Positions 29,501 through 37,806 of a stretch of DNA of 52,528 nt are shown piece after piece. Position numbers and translations under genes: made by a program. The stretch covers positions 1-52,528 of the forward strand of contig JAKPIQ010000193.1 of NCBI GenBank assembly GCA_029549715.1, in the 5' to 3' direction. The DNA is from Candidatus Atribacteria bacterium (GTDB taxonomy: Bacteria > Atribacterota > Atribacteria > Atribacterales > Caldatribacteriaceae). The notes under the pieces were generated by a model. The model did not search any database, was not told where the DNA came from, and was given only the letters and a program-made list of their open reading frames with translations. Numbering within the stretch: the first letter of the stretch is position 1; each line of letters begins with the position of its first letter.

Positions 29501-30154
29501 CTCGGTAAAAGAGAGAGTAGTTGTAAAGCTTAAGTCATAAGGGGAGGAAACTTCCCCTTCTACTTTACCGTCTTTCATATCCCAGAGTATTTCCCCCTGA
29601 AAGAGTAAGTTACTTGATGCCAGGTCAAAGTTAAAGGAGAGGCTATCTCTCTCCCAGAAAACGCCCTCCACTTTTCCAGAGGGAAGAGAAATTCCCCAAG
29701 AGAGTTTACCCTCTCTATCCTTTTTTAAATAAGCCTCCTCCCCAGAAAACTGAAGCGATTTTATTTTTTTGATTTTTATCTCTCCGGGGGGGAGAAAAGA
29801 AAGAGAAAGGTAAGGTAAATTGCGAAGAGAGCTCTGAGAGGAAGATATTTCCACTTCCTCTAAGAGCAAACGAAAGGCTTCTTCAGAAGGCGAAGCATCA
29901 AAGAAAAAACGCCAGTTCCATTGTAAAATAGCTTTAGAGACAAAAAAGGAGAGGTCTTTTCCTCTCCCCCTAATTCCCTGCACCCGAAGCTGGTTGGGAA
30001 AGCGGAAAGCAAATGCCTCTACATCTATTTCGCCTTCCACTTTTTTCTCCAGTTCAGAAGTAACCCAGGTGGTAAAGTAATCAACTACTCTTTTTTGACC
30101 ATAAAACCAGATAAGACCCAGAGTTAAAAAAAAACAAACCCCCCAAACAGCCAC
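26567..30154 (-). CDS. tamB: TamB/AsmA-like translocation and assembly module protein (DUF490 C-terminus)
   Basis: 1195 aa with an N-terminal membrane anchor (VWGVCFFLTLGLIWFYG) and a long beta-rich, Gly/Glu-rich body. The C-terminus resembles DUF490: LKSEPSLKEEEILSLLFLG...EWSLKMEGNTEGEINWMLEFNTKF. It lies directly upstream of bamA. Confidence 0.75.
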   Translation of the reverse strand: MAVWGVCFFLTLGLIWFYGQKRVVDYFTTWVTSELEKKVEGEIDVEAFAFRFPNQLRVQGIRGRGKDLSFFVSKAILQWNWRFFFDASPSEEAFRLLLEEVEISSSQSSLRNLPYLSLSFLPPGEIKIKKIKSLQFSGEEAYLKKDREGKLSWGISLPSGKVEGVFWERDSLSFNFDLASSNLLFQGEILWDMKDGKVEGEVSSPYDLSFTTTLSFTEEDMVFSPLELWDMKENRCLFQGEGEISSHLVSLEGRSDIYWGEEKNSLEIRGSIDTTSLLGEGEFSLWGKETSIAGEVSLGEERVVVLNIQPGFTLGGVKGEGKIQAVVSGEEGRAIVTIPPAAVKLDMFSELEGEGIFQGVMGGKGEEWEGHLTWEGSYLRWSDFLVNDPRVNIKVGKGGEIVLEGEGEWGEGNITFSGRGSQDHLSLQGNFQNIKVEQLTEGTAFPLEGWVSGEWKREEDGLIFLSLKEGELFWEDWCLGTIEKGEIEFSPPVLMVRDLSLRQGEGIIWGDLRKAGEELEGEVGINNYPVSQWWGDEKIELVLGGNIKAKGEDLSLSLFSSSWKIGEMEGEKLSLAGKVEKGEIEVEDFSCDWGDGYLSLQGKVIPYREVNLQGEIQNLEIPSYWDVEGNLERVVLSLCGPWEKVAFLLEGEGKNFFWQGEPWGNYFHLLLGGRASLPQEGQASRFSDYLDPRLLEEGRVEVREINLEQLTRKVSSYPITGITDIVIDLDTQRNQWFFHSENFSVTMQDFHFQGKLEGSYDGEDLIIDELFFQELKGGLEVGGNLKLRGKTVEGEIKGRVNRSFSISPYGVLQLKGEANISLAGSVEEPLWQGELQGEGNMGQEGEKYACFSGVQGIINGEEIQLVSGNLQIAGLNWAMRGVVSPLHCEIYLSGGGPLEIPGENIGLSRIESDMIVRVCEGKINLEGEAKIFDGWGDFTKGEDTEDYFSSLSQLEEKLKGLPLSLELTLYTGNKMKVKTRFLDLEMEGRLKIEGESGKISGEGRLEVVKGSYNLVLREIPLTGSITFSPLYGWNPQLDLQGEEKIGGYHIYLEARGPVDSYRLTLKSEPSLKEEEILSLLFLGEKDAYLSLDSLNWQPIIWKLGQFLLGEDFSPGSGFFDGIEIKFPGSENSNFYGVRWEKGIGENYFIGYTQDLSSGENSTWDFKINFDKEWSLKMEGNTEGEINWMLEFNTKF

Positions 30155-30163
30155 TTTTTCAAC

Positions 30164-31798
30164 TTATCTAATCCACACTTTCTGAGAGGAACTTCCTTCC
30201 AAAATTAAAGGAAGACTGACCCACTGGGTAAAATAAACTCTTTCATCCGGGGGAGAAGAACCTGCTTTACTGGATATCTCAACTATTAAGCCTTCGCTGT
30301 GAACAGTTTCCAATTGTTGTTGTAGATAATCACCAAAAAAAGGAGAGAAACTTATCCCTTCCCTGCCAGCGTCCAATCCCAGATTACCATCGCTTTTACC
30401 TCTCACGGTAATTTCTGCTGTACCAGGCAGAAAATCTGCTGGCACCAGAAAAGAAAAGCTAGCCACTCTCTCCCCTTCCCGCCACAGAAATAAATTTATC
30501 TTCCCTTCTGCTTCCTCGCCTCTTTCCACAACCTTGGGTAAATCTAAAGAGATAAGCCAGGCATGCTGGACACCAGAGGCTATGTCTATTTCCATATCCA
30601 GCTGAGCTAAGTTTATTTCCCGATAAGGATTTCTCAAAACAATTTTGAGTACTTCTCCTAAGCCACCAGAGGTAGTGCTGGCAATATCTGTATCACTCAC
30701 CCAAAAATACTCTTCTTGCCAGGAAAAATCTTCTCCCTCCAGCTTGAGCTTAACATTCGCACTGCCCGACGCCTGAGAGTCTATACTCCGGTCCATAGCG
30801 TCTAAAACCAGCCCCGGCAGTATATCTACTAAAATATCTTCATCCCTCGCTACTTCAAAATTATATTCTCTTTCTTCTCCTCCATTTCTAACTTTAATTA
30901 TAATTTTACTTACCTCAGGCATTACCCCTATTTTGCCCGCTACTCCGGCACTTCGATCCTGATCAATAATCCCCACCTCTTCTATCACTGTTCCCACTTT
31001 AAAGGGAAGATCCATTCCTTGTAAGCTGAAGTTCACATAAACTGAAGAGAGAAAATAATTCGCCTCTCCCCGATGTAAAAAGGGATGCCCTAAAGCTAAT
31101 ATCCGATCACCATCGCGCAAGGTAAGGGTTCCAATACTCATTATCTCAGCATCACCCCTCACCAGCTGGATTCCAATGGCACTTCCCGGTTGCAAAGAAT
31201 AGTTCTCCGAAGCTCTTGTTCCCCCCCACGAAAGTCGAGGAATGGTGAAAATCTCCTGGAGATAGAAGCGCTTCCTCAGTTGGTTGGCTACTTCTCCACT
31301 GGCTCTTTCTCCCAAACCCACAACGAAAACAGTTGACCCAGGGGTAAGAGCAAAAGAGGTAGTTTCTTCTTCCTGGATAGATTCTTTCTCCCACAAAGAG
31401 AGCATAGCTTCTATAGGAGTTACTACTCCCACCAGATTATCTTTAGTTTCCCAGCTGTAAGAAAGAGCCCCGGCTATTTTACCCCTGATAAAAACTGGAG
31501 AACCGCTCATCCCTGCCGATATTCCGCCCATCTCTTTAAGTTTTTTGTCCACTACCTTAACCACAAAATAACTTTCTTCTACTTTATTTCCTTCTACCAC
31601 GTCTATTACTTCTAATCGAAAATCTTCAACTTTAGTACCATAGAAAACGGTTTTACCTACTGCCTTCATACCTCGCTGAATGTCGGAAAAAGGGAAGTAA
31701 GAAATAGCGGCGCTTTCTCCCCAAGAAGAAGGAAACCCCACCAGAAAAAAGGTCAAAATTAGAACAAACCAGCGTTGCTTTTCAAGCCCACCAATCAA
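30164..31798 (-). CDS. Peptidase S55 (SpoIVB-like serine peptidase) domain protein, secreted or anchored
   Basis: GGISAGMSGSPVFIRGKIAGALSYSW (DNA about 31496-31513 for GMSGSP) matches the SpoIVB catalytic-Ser region. SIGTLTLRDGDRILALGHPF matches the SpoIVB His region. The N-terminus is hydrophobic (WFVLILTFFLVGF). Start is a TTG with a GGGAGAAG SD. Confidence 0.7.
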   Translation of the reverse strand: MIGGLEKQRWFVLILTFFLVGFPSSWGESAAISYFPFSDIQRGMKAVGKTVFYGTKVEDFRLEVIDVVEGNKVEESYFVVKVVDKKLKEMGGISAGMSGSPVFIRGKIAGALSYSWETKDNLVGVVTPIEAMLSLWEKESIQEEETTSFALTPGSTVFVVGLGERASGEVANQLRKRFYLQEIFTIPRLSWGGTRASENYSLQPGSAIGIQLVRGDAEIMSIGTLTLRDGDRILALGHPFLHRGEANYFLSSVYVNFSLQGMDLPFKVGTVIEEVGIIDQDRSAGVAGKIGVMPEVSKIIIKVRNGGEEREYNFEVARDEDILVDILPGLVLDAMDRSIDSQASGSANVKLKLEGEDFSWQEEYFWVSDTDIASTTSGGLGEVLKIVLRNPYREINLAQLDMEIDIASGVQHAWLISLDLPKVVERGEEAEGKINLFLWREGERVASFSFLVPADFLPGTAEITVRGKSDGNLGLDAGREGISFSPFFGDYLQQQLETVHSEGLIVEISSKAGSSPPDERVYFTQWVSLPLILEGSSSQKVWIR

Positions 31799-31804
31799 TC
31801 TTGA

Positions 31805-32818
31805 TTACTTCTCCCTTTTGGTATAAATGAATCCATTTCTTAACAATTTCAAGTAATCCAATACCTTACCTGCCCCCAGAGCTACGCAGGAAATAGGATT
31901 TTCTGCTACATATACCGGAGTGCCCAGGGCTTTAGCGAGCATCTCATCTACCCCTCGTAGCAGAGACCCTCCTCCGGTCAAACAAATACCCTTCTCTCCA
32001 ATATCAGCAGCTATCTCCGGAGGTGTTTTCTCCAGCACCGACCGGGATGCTTCCACTATGTAGGAAAGTTGCTCGCTCAAACATTTATATATTTCCGAAG
32101 AAGTAATGGAAATCTCTCGAGGTAGGCCAGAGACCAAATCTCTTCCTTTAACCCTGAGAGTTTTTTCTTCCTTAGGAGGAACCGCCCAGCCGATTTCGAT
32201 TTTAATAGTTTCCGCCGTCTTTTCTCCTATCAGAAGGTTAAATTTCTTTCGCAAATGTCTGGCTATCGCTTCGTCTATTTGGTCTCCAGCCACTCTCACT
32301 GTCTGACTGACCACTATTCCCCCCAGGGAAAGAACGGCAACATCGGTGGTTCCTCCCCCGATATCAATTACCATGCTTCCCGAAGGACCGGTGATATCTA
32401 TGCCTGCTCCCAGAGCAGCAGCCATGGGTTCTTCTATAAGGTAAGCCTTTCTTACCCCTGCCCGATAAGCAGCATCTAATACCGCTCTTTTCTCTACTCC
32501 CGTTCCTCCTGAGGGAATACATATCACCACATCAGGTTTAAAAAGGCTCTTACCGCATACCTGCTGAATAAAATAAGTTAGCATCCGGCGGGTGATTTCA
32601 TAATCGCTGATCACTCCATCCCGAAGAGGACGATGAGCTACTATATACTCGGGAGTTTTACCAATCATCTCCCAAGCTTCTCTACCAATAGCCAGAATTT
32701 CATTAGTATTTTTAGATACAGCCACTACCGAGGGCTCATTCAGAACTATACCCTTTCCATAAACGTAAATCAAAGTGGTAGCAGTACCCAGATCAATTCC
32801 CAATCTTTTAGCCAGCAT
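31805..32818 (-). CDS. mreB: Rod shape-determining actin homologue MreB
   Basis: Motifs GIDLGTATT, DIGGGTTDVAV and LTGGGSLLRG. GGGAGGA abuts the first ATG (32824), so the second ATG at 32818 (MLAKRLGIDLG) is the likely start. Confidence 0.93.
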   Translation of the reverse strand: MLAKRLGIDLGTATTLIYVYGKGIVLNEPSVVAVSKNTNEILAIGREAWEMIGKTPEYIVAHRPLRDGVISDYEITRRMLTYFIQQVCGKSLFKPDVVICIPSGGTGVEKRAVLDAAYRAGVRKAYLIEEPMAAALGAGIDITGPSGSMVIDIGGGTTDVAVLSLGGIVVSQTVRVAGDQIDEAIARHLRKKFNLLIGEKTAETIKIEIGWAVPPKEEKTLRVKGRDLVSGLPREISITSSEIYKCLSEQLSYIVEASRSVLEKTPPEIAADIGEKGICLTGGGSLLRGVDEMLAKALGTPVYVAENPISCVALGAGKVLDYLKLLRNGFIYTKREK

Positions 32819-32832
32819 AAACATTCCTCCCG

Positions 32833-34113
32833 TTATTCATTACATCTATCTATGGAAGCCCCCAAAGAGCGAAGCTTGGTTTCCAAATTTTCGTAACCCC
32901 GGTCGATATGGGAAACACCATATACCTCGGTTTCTCCCTCCGCCGCTAAACCAGCCAGAACCAGAGCTGCTCCAGCTCGAAGGTCAGGAGCAGTAACCTT
33001 AGTTCCAGCCAGCCCTTCTACTCCAGTAACCACTGCGCTTCTTCCTTCCACGCGTATTTTAGCTCCCATTCTTTCCAATTCTCCCACATGAGCAAAACGA
33101 CTTTCAAAAACTGTTTCAGTAATCACGCTTACTCCTTCAGCCAAAGAAAGGAGAGCCATAAACTGGGCTTGCATATCGGTGGGGAAACCAGGATAAGGCA
33201 TAGTCTTAATATTGGTAGCCTTTGGTCTACCCTCCAGAGCCACAAAGATAGTATCTTCTCCTTCCCTTTCTACCACCGCTCCGATTTCCTCTAATTTAGT
33301 AATTACCGAACGAAGAGAAGAATACTCTACTCCCTTTATCCGCACCTGACCTCCGGTAATGGCTGCAGCCACACAGAAAGTACCTGCCTCGATTCTATCG
33401 TTAATGATGGTATATTCACACCCCTGCAGTTTTTTAGTGCCCCTCACTACTATAGTATTAGTGCCCGCTCCTTCGATTTGTGCTCCCATCAAGGAAATGA
33501 AATTGGCTAAATCTACCACTTCTGGCTCGCAAGCTGCATTAGATATGATGGTCTCCCCCTCAATGGTAGAAGCCAGCATCATAACGTTTTCTGTGGCTCC
33601 CACACTAGGAAAATCGAAGTAAACTTCTCCCCCATGGAGCTGAGAAGCCCAGGCCTCTATATAACCAGAATGCATGGATATTTCCACTCCCAAATGGTTA
33701 AAACCTTTAAGATGAAGGTCAATGGGGCGAGAGCCAATGGCACATCCCCCCGGAAGAGGTACTTGAGCTCGACCTCGGCGAGCAATGAGAGGACCGGTCA
33801 CCAAAAAAGAAGCTCTCATTTTACGAATTAACTCATAAGGAGCTTCAATTATGTTGGACAAATTCGGGGAAATTCGGTAATCATGCTCCCCTACCTTATC
33901 TACTTTGCACCCTATGCTCTCTAAAACCGAGAGCATAGTAACCACATCTAAAAGATTAGGAACATTTCTAATCAAAGAAGGAGAGTCAGCTAATAAAGTA
34001 GCAGCCAAGATAGGTAGGGCTGCGTTCTTGGCTCCTCCTACCTGTACTTCTCCCTGTAAAGGCTGTAAACCTCGGACTATGAATTTGCTCAATCGTTTTC
34101 TCTCTTTCTCCAC
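32833..34113 (-). CDS. murA: UDP-N-acetylglucosamine 1-carboxyvinyltransferase MurA
   Basis: [13 protein letters not shown] at the N-terminus. Active-site loop [19 protein letters not shown] carries the catalytic Cys. Start is uncertain: the GTG at 34113 has no SD, and the TTG at 34092 is an alternative. Confidence 0.93.
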   Translation of the reverse strand: MEKERKRLSKFIVRGLQPLQGEVQVGGAKNAALPILAATLLADSPSLIRNVPNLLDVVTMLSVLESIGCKVDKVGEHDYRISPNLSNIIEAPYELIRKMRASFLVTGPLIARRGRAQVPLPGGCAIGSRPIDLHLKGFNHLGVEISMHSGYIEAWASQLHGGEVYFDFPSVGATENVMMLASTIEGETIISNAACEPEVVDLANFISLMGAQIEGAGTNTIVVRGTKKLQGCEYTIINDRIEAGTFCVAAAITGGQVRIKGVEYSSLRSVITKLEEIGAVVEREGEDTIFVALEGRPKATNIKTMPYPGFPTDMQAQFMALLSLAEGVSVITETVFESRFAHVGELERMGAKIRVEGRSAVVTGVEGLAGTKVTAPDLRAGAALVLAGLAAEGETEVYGVSHIDRGYENLETKLRSLGASIDRCNE

Positions 34114-34222
34114 TAGAACTTTAAACTCATTTCAGACACCAATGTTAAATCTTCTCTTGTATTATAGCTGATTTTTTTAATACCTACATCAAGGAATTTT
34201 TAAAAAATTTTCTCCGACATAA

Positions 34223-36340
34223 TCAAGAAGCATTGGAGGAAGAAGTCTTCTGAGTAGGAAACTCAAATTCTACTTTTCCTCCCTCTTGGAGAACAAGATA
34301 AGCAGAAAACTTTCTGCCCTTGCGAGACTTGAAACCATAAAGTTTATCAGTCCTTCCAGTAGTAATTAATTTATGCGCTTCTTGACGATTGATAAACCTC
34401 CCTGCTATCTTTTTCCAGATGGTAAACGGGCAGCCTTCTTTCCACCGGGAACAACTAAAAGATTTGCGATTTTCATAAACCGGAGCTCCGCAAAGAGGAC
34501 AGTCCCCCACAGGTAAGATCATTTTCTCTCTTTCTCCCTGGTCTTTCATGCTTTTGACTTTTTCTACCATCTCTACTGTAAATTCTTTTATTTCCTCCAT
34601 AAAGGTGTCCCGAGAGAACTTGCCTTTCTCAATCTGGTTGAGTTTCTTTTCCCACTCCCCGGTGAGCTGGGGGGACGATAATTCAGAAATTGGGATATTT
34701 TCTATCAAAGTTATCAATTCTTTCCCTTTGGGAGTAGGTATAAGAGTTTTACCATCTCTTTCCACATAACCTACTTCAATTAACCTCTCAATTATAGCCG
34801 CCCGGGTAGCGGGAGTGCCAATACCGCTCTCTTTCAATATCTCCTGGAGCTCTTCGTCCTCTACAAACCGGCCTGCTCCTTCCATAGCTGACAAGAGAGT
34901 GGCCTCGGTGTAGCGAGGAGGAGCTTTGGTTTCTTTTTCTTCCATCCACACTTTTTCTGTCTTTACCACAGTTCCTTTTTCCACTGCCGGTAAAAACTCT
35001 TCCCCTTCTCTTTCTCCATAAATCGCCCTCCAGCCTGCCTCTACAAGAGCTTTAGATTTGCTGACAAATTTCTCACCCTCTACCACAGTTTTGATACTAC
35101 GATGCACCCACACTGCTTCGGGATAAAAAGAAGCAATAAATCTCTTTACAATTAAATCCATAACTCTTCTATCATTTTCACTTAACCTTTCCCAATCGAT
35201 TTTTTCTCCAGTAGGGATAATAGCATGGTGGTCAGAGACTTTGCTTTCATCAAACACTCTTTTATCCTTCAGGACCTTCTTGGGAGAGAGGTCTCTGTTT
35301 ACCCATTCTGCAAAACCACACTCTGCCAACATATGCCAGCACTCCTCCACCTGGGAAATCAAATCAGGAGAAAGATACCGAGAGTCAGTACGGGGATAAG
35401 TTATTAATTTATGACGCTCATAAAGTCTCTGGGCACTATCCAGAGTACGTTTAGCCGAATAACCAAAGAGTTTGTTGGCATCTCTTTGTAACTCGGTAAG
35501 GTTATAGAGAAGAGGATGGGGCTCTTTAACCTTACGTTCCTTGTATTCAGCTACTTCACCCTCTTGGCCTTTAACTTTATCTATTATCGATTGGGCTTTC
35601 TCTTTTTCCCAGACCCGGTCCTCTTTCTCTTCCCACTTTCCCAGGTAAGAGCCAGCAGGAGAAGAAAATTCAGCGAATATTTCCCAGTAAGGAAGAGGAA
35701 CAAAGTTCTCTATTTCTCTTTCTCTTTGAACCAAAATAGCCAAAGTGGGGGTTTGCACTCTCCCCACTGAAAGGAGAGTTTTGTAGCGAGCAGTAAATAC
35801 TCGAGTGCCATTAATTCCTACCAACCAATCTCCTTCTGAGCGACATTTAGCTGCCTGAGCCAAAAGTTCATAATCATCTCCCGGTTTAAGACGAGAAAAA
35901 GCCTCTCTTATGGCTTCTTGAGTCATAGAAGAAAGCCACAGGCGGTAAACTGGTTTGTCGCCTGCTAAAAATTCATAAATATAGCGGAAAATCAACTCCC
36001 CCTCTCTACCTGCATCACAAGCATTTATTATCATTTCTACTTCTTCAGAATTAATGAGCTTTTTGATAACCTTTAATCTATCTTCTGCCCCTTCCATGGC
36101 TTTTAGCTTAAATTCCTCTGGTATAACCGGTAAAAGAGCTAAGCGCCACATTTTAAATTTATTATCGTAATCTTCTGGTTCAGCTAAAGTTACTAAGTGT
36201 CCCACTGCCCAGGTAACAATGCAATCTTCGCTTTCCCAGTATTTTTCCTTTTTCTTCATTCCCCCCAGCGCACGAGCTATGTCCTGGGCTACACTGGGTT
36301 TTTCAGTAATAATTAATTTTTTACCCACTACTACTTTCAC
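34223..36340 (-). CDS. topB: DNA topoisomerase III (type IA) with a C-terminal zinc-ribbon domain
   Basis: TOPRIM domain LIITEKPSVAQDIA, and active-site Tyr motif ITYPRTDSRYLS. The C-terminus reads CPLCGAPVYENRKSFSCSRWKEGCPFTIWK. The second GTG at 36328 (GKKLIITEKPS) is spaced better from the AAGGA SD. Confidence 0.85.
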   Translation of the reverse strand: MKVVVGKKLIITEKPSVAQDIARALGGMKKKEKYWESEDCIVTWAVGHLVTLAEPEDYDNKFKMWRLALLPVIPEEFKLKAMEGAEDRLKVIKKLINSEEVEMIINACDAGREGELIFRYIYEFLAGDKPVYRLWLSSMTQEAIREAFSRLKPGDDYELLAQAAKCRSEGDWLVGINGTRVFTARYKTLLSVGRVQTPTLAILVQREREIENFVPLPYWEIFAEFSSPAGSYLGKWEEKEDRVWEKEKAQSIIDKVKGQEGEVAEYKERKVKEPHPLLYNLTELQRDANKLFGYSAKRTLDSAQRLYERHKLITYPRTDSRYLSPDLISQVEECWHMLAECGFAEWVNRDLSPKKVLKDKRVFDESKVSDHHAIIPTGEKIDWERLSENDRRVMDLIVKRFIASFYPEAVWVHRSIKTVVEGEKFVSKSKALVEAGWRAIYGEREGEEFLPAVEKGTVVKTEKVWMEEKETKAPPRYTEATLLSAMEGAGRFVEDEELQEILKESGIGTPATRAAIIERLIEVGYVERDGKTLIPTPKGKELITLIENIPISELSSPQLTGEWEKKLNQIEKGKFSRDTFMEEIKEFTVEMVEKVKSMKDQGEREKMILPVGDCPLCGAPVYENRKSFSCSRWKEGCPFTIWKKIAGRFINRQEAHKLITTGRTDKLYGFKSRKGRKFSAYLVLQEGGKVEFEFPTQKTSSSNAS

Positions 36341-36345
36341 ATCCT

Positions 36346-37200
36346 TTACTCAACTTTTTCTTTCCCTCCTGTGGGTCGACGATGAGGAGCATAAGGAGTA
36401 GGAACATACTCCACCGAAGGCCGCTGCTGTGGTGGTTGGGGATAAAGGTCCATAAGCTGGTAAATCTCATCTGGTAAGCCCTCTTTTGCCGGAAGGCCTA
36501 ATTCTTGCGCCATTTCCAAAGTAATGGGAAAATCATGGGTCCATCGACCTTCAGACAAAATCGTGGCTAATTCCTGCGCCTTCTCCTCGGGTAGACGCTC
36601 ATCAACCAGATTTAAAATCACCTGATAAACCTGATTAATAGCTTTGCGGGCAAGGTCACCTAAAATCAAGGTTTGGTCGTCCCGGTTAGGATTAGGCTCT
36701 TCCAGAGCTTTCAAAATTGAGGCCGCCGGATACTGAGCCTGAGCTGTACCTATTTGAGGGTCCACAGGTCCCAAAACAGCGTTGGGATCCATAACTATTT
36801 CATCCGCTGCCAAAGCAATGAGTGTTCCCCCCGACATAGCATAATGAGGAACAAATACCGTAACTTTAGCCGGGTGTCTTTTTATAGCACAAGCAATTTG
36901 TTGAGCAGCGAGCACCAATCCTCCGGGGGTGTGGAGAATCAAATCAATGGGCATATCCTTGGGAGTGAGGTGAATGGCTCGCAATATTTTTTCTGAATCC
37001 TCAATATTAATGTAGCGCGCTATAGGTAAGCCTAAAAAATTAACCGATTCTTGCCTGTGAATCATAGCAATTACCCGCGACCTTCTTTTCCTCTCCAAAC
37101 TCTTAATTGCTGCCATTCTTTGCTGCTCAATCATCTTTTTTTGCATAGCAGGCAAGTAGATACTAAAAAGAAGGATGAGGAAAATTATATTCCAGAACAT
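36346..37200 (-). CDS. Membrane-anchored Clp-fold serine protease, SDH (serine dehydrogenase proteinase, PF01972)-like
   Basis: N-terminal TM (FWNIIFLILLFSIYL), then IDLILHTPGGLVLAAQQIA...VPHYAMSGGTLIALAADEIVMDPNAVLGPVDPQIG, the family pattern as I recall it. A strong GAAGGAGG SD is present. Confidence 0.6.
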   Translation of the reverse strand: MFWNIIFLILLFSIYLPAMQKKMIEQQRMAAIKSLERKRRSRVIAMIHRQESVNFLGLPIARYINIEDSEKILRAIHLTPKDMPIDLILHTPGGLVLAAQQIACAIKRHPAKVTVFVPHYAMSGGTLIALAADEIVMDPNAVLGPVDPQIGTAQAQYPAASILKALEEPNPNRDDQTLILGDLARKAINQVYQVILNLVDERLPEEKAQELATILSEGRWTHDFPITLEMAQELGLPAKEGLPDEIYQLMDLYPQPPQQRPSVEYVPTPYAPHRRPTGGKEKVE

Positions 37201-37220
37201 ATTTTTAGACCTCCTTCATA

Positions 37221-37802
37221 TCAAAACTTATTATATAAAGCAATATCACGATATTTTATTCTTCCCTGTTCAAAAATATCTCCCCCTTGAGTATCATAGG
37301 CTACTACAAGAGGGAACTGCTTCACCTTCAGACGCAAAAGAGCCTGGGCTCCCAAATCCTGGTAAGCCAGTATTTCCTTTTCCACTACAAAGGTGGAAAG
37401 ATAAGCCCCTGCTCCTCCACAGGCCAACAAATAAACCGCTCCATATTTTTCTAAAAGTTCCTTTACTTCCTCTTTTCTCTCCCCTTTACCAATGGTAGCC
37501 CGCAACCCTCTTTGCAAAAAATATTCCAGATATTTGTCCATTCGGCTACTGGTGGTGGGACCAATCGATCCTATTATTTCTCCCCGGCGAGCAGGAGTAG
37601 GACCAGCGTAGTAAATAACCGATCCGGAAAGAGAAAAGGGGAGTTCTTTTCCCGCTTCCAGGTCCTCTATCAGGCGCTGATGAGTCAAATCCCGGGCTGC
37701 GTAGATCACTCCGTTGAGATAAATTTTATCACCTGCTCGTAAAGGCTTGACTTCTTCCACCGAAAGGGGAGTTTTTAAAATTATTTCTTTCCTTTCCTCC
37801 AT
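37221..37802 (-). CDS. Class I (Fe-S) fumarate hydratase / tartrate dehydratase, beta subunit
   Basis: 193 aa with GVIYAARDLTHQRL, YYAGPTP and GPTTSSRMD motifs of the Fe-S hydro-lyase beta-type catalytic domain. It lies 4 nt after the alpha subunit. Confidence 0.85.
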   Translation of the reverse strand: MEERKEIILKTPLSVEEVKPLRAGDKIYLNGVIYAARDLTHQRLIEDLEAGKELPFSLSGSVIYYAGPTPARRGEIIGSIGPTTSSRMDKYLEYFLQRGLRATIGKGERKEEVKELLEKYGAVYLLACGGAGAYLSTFVVEKEILAYQDLGAQALLRLKVKQFPLVVAYDTQGGDIFEQGRIKYRDIALYNKF

Positions 37803-37806
37803 TTTC

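Noticed and set aside
28507-29508. Several plus-strand ORFs of 60-149 aa antisense to the tamB-like gene
   Set aside because: They are Pro/Ser/Leu/Phe-rich low-complexity translations. They arise from the strong pyrimidine skew of the plus strand opposite a Gly/Glu-rich gene. None has a start context.
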